Of a stretch of DNA of 64,000 nt, positions 54,128 to 64,000 are shown piece by piece. Positions within the stretch are counted from its first letter, which is position 1, and every line of letters starts with the position of its first letter. Where the stretch lies: positions 253,208,001-253,272,000 of the forward strand of contig OZ024740.1 of assembly GCA_964016885.1 (NCBI GenBank), written 5' to 3'. This DNA is from Eledone cirrhosa. Taxonomy: Eukaryota. A program made the translations under genes and the position numbers. Under the pieces are notes generated by a model. That model did no database searches. It saw nothing but the letters and a program-made list of their open reading frames with translations, and was not told the DNA's origin.

Positions 54128-55292
54128 TTAGCCATCGGACTTTAACACTGGCTTAAAGTGTTTGAATGTTGCAAAGTTCTTGTGCATGCAGTTCGGGCAG
54201 TGTTCAGAGAGTTTGTTCAGTAGCGGGCCCTTGGCGAATAAAATTTCGTAGCTCTCTGAAATACAAAGGTCGCAGCCCTTGTGTCCTCCGTTGTAAGAGC
54301 GCGCTTTCTGGAGTATTAAGCGTGAAGGGGGTGGAGTTCCTTTTGAGGTCCCAAACGTAGGAGGCGAGTGTTGTCTGATTTGATTTATCCGGTCTCCTGA
54401 AGGAGTGGGTATGGGCATACCAACTGGTCTTAAAGTTGTTGGAGGTCATGCCGATGTAAGTTTTTTTTGCAATCCTCGGTGCCTGAGATGACATCGCATT
54501 TGTATACGATGTCATTTGTGAGGCATTTGTTTTCAAGTGGGCATGCTTCCTTATTTAGGCAATTACATAGAGCCCCAGTCCGGGGATTGGTTTCGGAGGT
54601 GGTTGGCTTATTTAGTTTAGAATTGTGGTTGGCTATATTCCTAGCTAGGTTAGGTGTGGTGGAGTAAGACAGTCTTATAGTGTTCTTATTAAAGATGGTG
54701 TAGTACCTATGTTGTATGGGGAAGTGTAATTTCAGTAAAGTGAAGAAAATCCTAGCTATCGGAGTAGATACCTCTCTATTGAAGGGAGGGTTGTACCAGC
54801 TAATCTGCCTATGTCTATTCCTCCTCTGCAATCTTGCGGTGGTTTCTAGGTAAGTTATCTTATCTTTAAATCCGCTACGGGCTAGGGCGTCATTGTAGTA
54901 GGAGGCAGATGCATTAAAAATATCTTTGTTGGCGGAGAGGCCAAATATTCTAATAGAGACGCTTTTTACTAGGTTATCAGTGATGTTTTGGGGGTGGTTT
55001 GAATTAACATTAATATATTTAAGGGACTCGTTAGGTTTGTGGTACGGGTAATAGAGGGAAGTATCTAGATCGAGAGTGACATCTAAGAAGTTGGCCCTAG
55101 TCAAATTAGAATCTATAGTTATACTAAATCCTAGATTAGAGAAGAAAGAGCTTAAGTTTTTCCGAAACCCATCGGTGGTTCTGGGGCTAACCTTATGCAG
55201 GGCGAAGAGGCCGTCGTCTCGGTATAAACCTCCAGTTAGGCCGGTAAAGAGGTTCTTCAGGTTATGTAGGATGTACAGGCCCACAAGGTCGC
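54128..55292 (-). pseudogene. PLE RT (from motif B) plus GIY-YIG, frameshifted
   Basis: GGLYRDDGL, NFLDVTLDL, SNHP, WYNPPF, CNCLNKEACPLENKCL, YIGMTSNNFK, CDLCISE. Confidence 0.92.
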
Positions 55293-55453
55293 TAAAAACA
55301 TAAATAAATAAAAATAAAAATAAAAATAAACTATAGCTTTAGCTTTTAATGAATTCCCTTTTCTATCAACCAATGACCTGCACCCATCCCACTCCCCACC
55401 CTCTCCTACCACTTGTAGAGACCTATAAATACCATATTTATTTTTTGATACCC

Positions 55454-55504
55454 AGATTCCTGATGATTTCTAATGAATGAAACAGTTCTAGTCCTGTAGA
55501 ATCT
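55454..55504 (+). ncRNA. Type I hammerhead ribozyme (inverted 5' arm of PLE-4)
   Basis: agattc-CTGATGA-tttctaatgaat-GAAA-cagttctagtcct-GTA^gaatct. Confidence 0.7.
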
Positions 55505-55516
55505 CATCTATATTAA

Positions 55517-55584
<68 letters not shown>

Positions 55585-56170
55585 TCATCATCATCATCAT
55601 CATCATCATTTTACGCCCACTTTTCCCTGCTTGCAAGGGTGGGAGGGGAACTGATTCTGGCTTGATTCCCTTCCTAACACCAACCTCATTTACAGTAAGT
55701 GCTGGGTGCTTTTTTCCGTGGCACCTACACTTCCACTTTACAGTGTGGGCTGGGCGCTTTTTTTTGCCGTGGCACCTCCACGACCACTTTGCAATGGAAT
55801 GATAGGGACCTCAGTCCCTATCATCTCATTTCTACAGCTGAGTAAACTGGAGCAATGTGAAATAAAGTGTCTTGTTGAAGGAAACAGCACATCACCCGGT
55901 CTGAAAATTGAACACACAACGTTTCGATTGCAAGCCCATGCTTGCTCCAACCATGTGCCTCCATATATATATATATAGATAAATCTACCAAAAGTTTACG
56001 GTAGTGTCCAATCCGTATGAAGAACTCAATGTAATCCGGATATCATGAAAAGAGAAGATGCATTCAAAAACTATTTTCGGTGAAAAATAAACGGAAAACA
56101 GAGTCAAGATAAATTATTAAAAAAATAATGAATAAACAAAGAAAACAGTTCCTTATATTAAAAAAAATTC

Positions 56171-56310
56171 ATTATTTTACGATCGTTTCTAGGATATATA
56201 TGTGTTAGAGTTGGTATGCATATTCTATAGATCTATGTACAATATTCATACAAACTATCAGAGGGAATATACATACCTTCACATATATATATGCTGTCTT
56301 CAGAAATAAT
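56171..56310 (-). ncRNA. Hammerhead ribozyme with ~105-nt stem II (inverted arm)
   Basis: Mirror copy of 62844-62981. Confidence 0.75.
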
Positions 56311-56686
56311 TGTTTCTACGTTAGGCACAAGGCCAGCAATTACCCAGTGCATTACTGGTACTTTATTTTATCGACCCCGTAAGGATGAAAGGCAAAGTTA
56401 ACCTCGGCGGGATTTGAACTCAGATCGTAAAGGGACGTAACTATGCTGGAAAGCATGGCGTCCAACCCTCTACCGATACTGCCAATCCACCGCCCTTCAG
56501 AAATAATTGTTTCTACTTTAGGCACAAGGCCAGCAACTATCCAGTGCCTCACTGGTACTTTATTTTATCGACCCCGTAAGGATGAAAGGCAAAGTCAACC
56601 TCGGCGGGATTTGAACTCAGATCGTAAAGGGACGTAACTATGCTAGAAAGCATGGCGTCCGACCCTCTACCGATACTGCCAATCCA
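56306..56686 (-). mobile_element. Two tandem tRNA-derived SINEs
   Basis: Two full copies; cagaaataat occurs before, between and after them. Confidence 0.9.
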
Positions 56687-57396
56687 CAGAAATAATGATA
56701 CTTGTTTATTGATAAGAACAAAGATTCAATACAATAGGTCTGTTTGGGAACAGGTTTTGAATTGACCAATCAGGAGATAGTGTGGGTCAAGATAGTGATA
56801 TAGAATTAGGAGAACCTTAAATTATGGGTAGAGGAAGGTAGATTTCAGTTTTGGATGGAAAAGAGTATTATGAATGAAGGATTACTTTAGGGAAGAAGTA
56901 GGTCATATGTTGACCTCAGAAATAATTTTATTTGTTCATTGAATAAAACCAACAAAGATAAAATATATTCTGTCTGTTTGGTAAGAGGTTTAGAATTAAC
57001 CAATAGAAAGTTAATAATTGGCCAAATGGTAAAATAGTAGTAATTGAAACTTATTTTAGGGGTGAAACTAGGTCAGGTGGTCAGTAGAAGGTATACAAGC
57101 AGTTGCTGTTATAAAATAGTAATGCCAATACAAATATCTAAGGTGACCAGAGTTTTAAGATAAGGATGTTAGTGAAAAAAATACATCTATGAAAAGGATA
57201 TAAAATTAATTTAATTGATGGGTATATTTATATTGATAAAATTATACTAATACATATAGATATGATAAATAAGAGTTAGATGCAGTTGAAAAGTGCTGTT
57301 AAGGATGAGGGGAGATTAAAAGAATATAAAAATGATATATATATATATATATATATACATATATATACCTACATATATATACATACACACACACAT

Positions 57397-57429
<33 letters not shown>

Positions 57430-57521
57430 CACATACATACACATACACACACAAATATATACCTATATATATATATATATATATATACGCATATACACAT
57501 GTACATATACATACACACACA

Positions 57522-57573
<52 letters not shown>

Positions 57574-57576
57574 TAT

Positions 57577-57643
<67 letters not shown>

Positions 57644-58541
57644 CATATATATTTTTTTTTTTACACTCACATACATACTTATATACACACACATCTCACA
57701 TACACACTTATATACACACACATCCACACTTACATATACATATAATTATTGGGGGGGGGGGGGAGATTAAATTTATTAGTGGGAAATAGTAAATATATAT
57801 AGGTTTCAAGGAACATAGAGTCATAACCTGAAGTTAAAGCATTATATATGTTTACTTAATGGTATCAGTTTTAGGAGATGATATTTGTAAGAAGGAAAGC
57901 CAAATTATGTAGTTCATCATTAGTAGAATATTAATTATAGGTTAACTAAAATAAAAATAGTTTATATATTAATTTCTAAGGTGTATATTAATTAGGTTTA
58001 TAATATTTAAAGCAGAATTATGTAGTTCATCAGTACTAGAATATTAATTATAGGTTAACTAAATTAAAAATAATTACATATGTTTACTTAATGGTATCAG
58101 TTTTAGGAAATGATATTTGTAAGAAGGAAAGCCAAATTATGTAGTTCATCAGTAGTAGAATATTAATTATAGGTTAACTAAATTAAAATTAATTTATATA
58201 TTAATTTCTAATATAAGGAACTGTTTTCTTTGTTTATTCATTATTTTTTTTATAATTTATCTTGACTCTGTTTTCCGTTTATTTTTCACCGAAAGTAGTT
58301 TTTGAATGCATCTTCTCTTTTCATGATATCCGGATTACATTGAGTTCTTCATATGGATTGGACACTACCGTAAACTCTTGGTAGATTTATCTACATACTT
58401 TGCTCCTATTTTCACGGGGATATTCTTATTTTTGCATTGTATGTGTATGTAAATTTATATATATATACATATATGTGTATGGCTTTATAACTCCATATAC
58501 AAATAGTTGAGCTCTTTTTCTTGTCCATTATCCATATCACA

Positions 58542-60999
58542 ATGGAAAAACAATACTTGGGAACTTCTTTAAAGAATATACCATTACCTTCTAAGGATGA
58601 TTTCTTACTTCTTATGATACAAAAAACCAACCAATTTATCAGAAGAGTCAAATGGAGGGCCTACCACTTCGATAAAAAATCAAAATGTACAGATAGGAAA
58701 TATCTGTATGATTTCACTACATATAAAAATCCACCACACAACTCTTTACTTGAAAACTTTGAGAAAGACCTTTTTAATTTAATCAAATACCTCAAATTTA
58801 AGAGGTATAAATCTAACTTTCAAAAGGACCTTGATTCTACCCTATTGGACCTAAAAAAAATCTAAAAAAATCTAAAAAAATCCATGTCCACTCGGACAAA
58901 ACTGGAAACCTATATCACATGGATATTGAAAATTACAATGAGTTCATATATAAAGAACTCAGGAAAAATTATAGAAAAACAAATAATGCGTCACTTACCA
59001 ACATCAACAACAAAACACACAGCATAGTGAATAGACTTAATATTGAAGATAGAACTGAACCTTTGGCATTGAAAAACCACACTTCAACCTGAAAGATCAT
59101 AAATCCAACTTTAACTCTAATCCTTCTATAAGACTTATATGCCCTTTCCAAATCTGATATTGGAATAATTAGTAAAAAATTTTTTAGATAGAGTCATCCC
59201 ACAAATAAGAAAACATGTTAATTTACCACTCTGGGAAAACACATCCCAGGTAATTAACTGGTTTAATAATATTATATATAAATCCTCTGCTTCATTTCTA
59301 CAATTTGATATAGATAATTATTATTCTTCTATATCACCTATACTCCTGAACAAAGCGTTGATATTTGCTAAAAATAGATCTAACTTAACTTTGGATGACA
59401 TTAATATTATTACACATGCTAGACTAACACTACTGGAATTTCAGAATGAATACTGGACCAGAAACACATATAGTAATATATTTGATATTACTATGGGCTC
59501 AAGCGATTCTACCCAAATTACTGATTTTGTGGGCCTCTTTCTTCTTTTTAACATAAATGCTTCCTTTCCCCCCCTTAAAGGTGGTTTATATCGTGACGAC
59601 TGTCTTCTTCTTTCCAATAACCTTAGCCTCTCAGAGATAGAAAAAAATAAAAAGCTTATTAGAACCTTCCTTAAAGACTATTATAGTCTAGATATTACAT
59701 TTGAAAGCACAAGTAAAGTAGTTAATTTCCTAGATATAACATTAAACTTATCTACGGATATCTACCAACCTTACCATAAACCCAACCAAAATTTACACTA
59801 CATACACTCACAACTTAATCACCCTAAATCTATCCTTAAAAACCTTGCATATAATATATCACTTAGAATTTCTAACCTTTCGTCTAACCAAGATGTATTT
59901 GATAAAAATGCGACCTTTTATAACGAAGCTCTAGCTAGAAGTGGCCACAAAAATAGATTAGTATATATACCTTCTACCAATAATACTACAAACATACAAC
60001 CTAATATTACCAACAAACACCAAATGAAACGTACACACCTAAATGCCACTCACACTATACCCCAAAATACCAACATAAAACCAAATTTCTCTAACTCTTC
60101 TAATATACAGTATAGTAACTCTCAAAAAACTACTCATCCTACAACTCTAATAAATGTTAATAATAAAACTCCTAATAAACAAGCTAAAACACCTAAATCA
60201 ATAAATCTAATTAAAAATGTGTGTGGAGAGGTCATTAACAATAATTCTCCTAGTAAACATCAGGATGCATCCTATAAAAACAATAAACAACATAGAAACC
60301 GACGAGTTACTTGGTATAATGCTCCATTTAATTTACAAGTTAAGGATAATATACCTAAAAAATTCTTTAATATCCTAGAGAAAAACTTCCCGCCAAACCA
60401 CAAATACCATCAAATCTTAAATAGATCAACAGTTAAATTCTCCTACTCAACAACCAAAAACATAAAACAAAATATAAGTGCCTATAATGCATATAAATGT
60501 AAAACACCCATAAGTATACCACCAGTACATCAAACTAACCATAATATCTCCTCAGATACAGGATTCACGAAAAGTTGTAACTGTAGAAACAAGGCAAACT
60601 GTCCATTAAAAGGAAATTGCCTTGTTAATAACATAATATATAAATGTAAAGTTAACACTAAGGACTCTATTTATTCATATATAGGAGCTACCTCTAACAA
60701 TTTTAAGGTAAGATTTAATACCCACAAACATAGTTTTAAAAATACCGCACTAGCTAATACAACATCTCTAGCTGAAAAAATTAATAGTTATAGAAAGAGG
60801 AATATAGAATATGACCTGACCTGGAGTGTGCTCAAAAGGGCCACCCCTTATCAAAATAGTAGAAATGAATGTAGATTGTGTTCCCAAGAACTTTTCGAAA
60901 TAATGAAATCTAAGGATATCCTATTAAATAAGCGATAGGAATTAATAATATCGTGTAATCATAAACTGAGAAAAACATTTAAATATTATAAACCTAATT
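58542..60999 (+). pseudogene. PLE (Naiad-like) polyprotein RT plus GIY-YIG, few disruptions
   Basis: GTSLKNIPLP..FIRRVKWRAYHF, SDKTGNLY, FDITMGSSDS, GGLYRDDCL, CNCRNKANCPLKGNCL, YIGATSNNFKVRF, CRLCSQE; frameshifts ~58860-59180; TAG at 60936. Confidence 0.95.
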
Positions 61000-61702
61000 A
61001 ATATACACTTTAGAAATTAATATATAAATTAATTTTAATTTAGTTAACCTATAATTAATATTCTACTACAGATGAATTACAAAATTCTGCTTTAAATATT
61101 ATAAACCTAATTAATATACACTTTAGAAATTAATATATAAACTATTTTTAATTTAGTTAACCTATAATTAATATTCTACTACTGATGAACTACATAATTT
61201 GGCTTTCCTTCTTACAAATATCATTTCCTAAAACTGATACCATTAAGTAAACATATGTAATTATTTTTAATTAAGTTAACCTATAATTAATATTCTAGTA
61301 CTGATGAACTACATAATTCTGCTTTAAATATTATAAACCTAATTAATATACACCTTAGAAATTAATATATAAACTATTTTTATTTTAGTTAACCTATAAT
61401 TAATATTCTACTAATGATGAACTACATAATTTGGCTTTCCTTCTTACAAATATCATCTCCTAAAACTGATACCATTAAGTAAACATATATAATGCTTTAA
61501 CTTCAGGTTATGACTCTATGTTCCTTGAAACCTATATATATTTACTATTTCCCACTAATAAATTTAACCCCCCCCCCTCCCCCCAATAATTATATGTATA
61601 TGTAAGTGTGGATGTGTGTGTATATAAGTGTGTATGTATGTGTGTATGTATGTGAGTGTAAAAAAATATATATATATGTATATATATATATATATGTGTA
61701 TA

Positions 61703-61739
<37 letters not shown>

Positions 61740-62666
61740 GTCTGTGTGTGTGTGTGTGTGTGTATGTATATGTACATGTGTATATGCGTATATATATATA
61801 TATATGAATATGGGTATATATTTGTGTGTGTATGTATGTGTATATATATATATATATATGTGTGTGTGTATGTGTGTGTGTATGTATGTATATATATGTA
61901 GGTATATATATGTATATATATATATATATATATCATTTTTATATTCTTTTAATCTCCCCTCATCCTTAACAGCACTTTTCAACTGCATCTAACTCTTATT
62001 TATCATATCTATATGTATTAGTATAATTTTATCAATATAAATATACCCATCAATTAAATTAATTTTATATCCTTTTCATAGATGTATTTTTTTCACTAAC
62101 ATCCTTATCTTAAAACTCTGGTCACCTTAGATATTTGTATTGGCATTACTATTTTATAACAGCAACTGCTTGTATACCTTCTACTGACCACCTGACCTAG
62201 TTTCACCCCTAAAATAAGTTTCAATTACTACTATTTTACCATTTGGCCAATTATTAACTTTCTATTGGTTAATTCTAAACCTCTTACCAAACAGACAGAA
62301 TATATTTTATCTTTGTTGGTTTTATTCAATGAACAAATAAAATTATTTCTGAGGTCAACATATGACCTACTTCTTCCCTAAAGTAATCCATTATTATTGG
62401 ATCTTTGTTGGTTTTATTCAATGAACAAATAAAATTATTTCTGAGGTCAACATATGACCTACTTCTTCCCTAAAGTAATCCTTCATTCATAATACTCTTT
62501 TCCATCCAAAACTGAAATCTACCTGCCTCTACCCATAATTTAAGGTTCTCCTAATTCTATATCACTATCTTGACCCTCACTATCTCCTGATTGGTCAATT
62601 CAAAACCTGTTCCCAAACAGACCTATTGTATTGAATCTTTGTTCTTATCAATAAACAAGTATCATT

Positions 62667-62846
62667 GATTGGCAGTATCGGTAGAGGGTTTGACGCCATG
62701 CTTTCCAGCATAGTTACGTCCCTTTACGATCTGAGTTCAAATCCCGCCGAGGTTTACTTTGCCTTTCATCCTTACGGGGTCGATAAAATAAAGTACCAGT
62801 AATGCACTGGATAATTGCTGGCCTTGTGCCTAAAGTAGAAACAATT
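62667..62846 (+). mobile_element. tRNA-derived SINE in the PLE-5 3' UTR
   Basis: Near-full copy abutting hammerhead stem I. Confidence 0.9.
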
Positions 62847-62981
62847 ATTTCTGAAGACAGCATATATATGTGAAGGTATGTATATTCCCTCTGATAGTTT
62901 GTATGAATATTGTACATAGATCTATAGAATATGCATACCAACTCTAACACATATATATCCTAGAAACGATCGTAAAATAAT
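62844..62981 (+). ncRNA. Hammerhead ribozyme with 105-nt stem II (PLE-5 3' end)
   Basis: attattt-CTGAAGA-cag...cta-GAAA-cgatc-GTA^aaataat. Confidence 0.8.
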
Positions 62982-63064
62982 GATTTTTTTTTAATATAAG
63001 GAACTGTTTTCTTTGTTTATTCATTATTTTTTTAATAATTTATATATATATATATATAGCAACC

Positions 63065-64000
63065 ATGCCTTTTGAAGTGTTCCAAAAAATGGGGCTGGAC
63101 TAATATTCTTTAGCCATCCTTGGAAACTCTTTGAGATAGTACCTAGTACGACTATGACAATCGGGACGATCTTGATCTCATGGCAGTTCCAAATCCTTTT
63201 TAACTACCACTTTAAATCCTGGTATCGGTTAATTTTCTCCCTCTCCTTTTCTTGCACCCTCGTGTCAAATGAGCAGGCTACATCAGGCACAATCTTTTTT
63301 CCTTGTCCAAAACCACCAGGTCAGGCCTATTGTGTTCTAATTTCTTGTCCGTCTGTATCCTAAAATCCCATAGCACATTCACCTGATTGTTTTCTCATTA
63401 TGCTCTTACCACTGGGTTATGCTCATATCACATCTCAGAATGTGGTAAATAGATGCCAGTGAATCACCCTGCCTATCATATCATGTCTCCAGCCTTTATA
63501 GTGAGTCTGGTCTAGGTGTTTGCACTCGGATACAATGTGAACCACAGTCTTCTCTCTCTCTCCACATATCCTACACAGTGAGCTAGCCTCCTCCTTGTCA
63601 ATATGGTGTTTCACCCACTTCATTCTGAGGGCTTGCTCTTGCGCAGCCATTAGCATTCCTTCTGTAGCTTTTTTAAGGTCTCCTCTTTTTAGCCAGTTCC
63701 ATGTCTGTGGATCTCTGAATTCCGTTTTCTTAAAGAAGGTGCTATGAAGGGATTTTTCATGAAGGTTGTTCTTCCTCCTTGTTGTTATTTCCTCCTTGGA
63801 CATCCTCTGGTCTATTGTCCTCTCCTTCAGTACAATTTTGAGCATTGGCTCCCATGTCAGTCACATATTTGTGCAGGTTGTTTTTCTCCATCTGAACACA
63901 GTCCTCTATGCTGATAAGACCTCTTCCACCTTCAGATTTCTTTAAGTAGAGTCTATCAACATCACTCCTCTTGTGGAACACGTTGTAGATAGTAATTAGC
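63065..64000 (-). mobile_element. R4/Dong-like non-LTR retrotransposon fragment (RT C-terminus, CCHC knuckle, restriction-like endonuclease)
   Basis: SDVDRLYLKKSEGGRGLISIED, EGMLMAAQEQAL, CRICGE..HIVSEC, RHD, RPDLVV, EKINRYQDL. Confidence 0.88.

Larger units (their letters stand above)
55978..63042 (+). mobile_element. Penelope-like element 5: full-length unit preceded by a 2.2-kb inverted copy of its UTRs
   Basis: 56110-58209 inverts ~61010-63042; 55978-56159 inverts 58211-58392; (TA)n flanks. Confidence 0.95.

Noticed and set aside
61180-61310. CTGATGA within PLE-5 3' UTR tandem repeats (mirrored at ~58027 and 58146)
   Set aside because: No pairable stem II or stem I

Overview
AT-rich eukaryotic genomic DNA made almost entirely of transposable elements and (TA)n/(CA)n microsatellites. 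An invertebrate, most likely octopus/cephalopod-like, source is inferred from the SINE, RTE and Helitron repertoire. No intact cellular gene is visible; one possible terminal exon rich in Tyr motifs lies at ~13.8-14.1 kb. The dominant theme is Penelope-like retroelements (RT with GLYRDD motif plus C-terminal GIY-YIG endonuclease, Naiad-like). Five insertions form large fold-back (inverted-repeat) structures at (TA)n. About 23 type-I hammerhead-ribozyme motifs in about 11 sequence families were found by eye. Several sit in short non-coding fold-back elements; two of these share one architecture (inverted arm, then ~1.2 copies of a 309-nt or 485-nt monomer), suggesting retrozyme-like non-autonomous elements. 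Atypical hammerheads include ~105-nt rod-like stem II arms with compensatory changes and a U3-A8 core variant. Also present: RTE LINEs with a PHD-like finger just after the RT YADD motif, CRE-like and R4/Dong-like non-LTR fragments, stacked non-autonomous Helitrons, solo LTRs, a non-coding two-LTR element with TG...AA ends, and tRNA-derived SINEs. All calls were made by eye; boundaries may be off by a few bases and no folding or database search was run.
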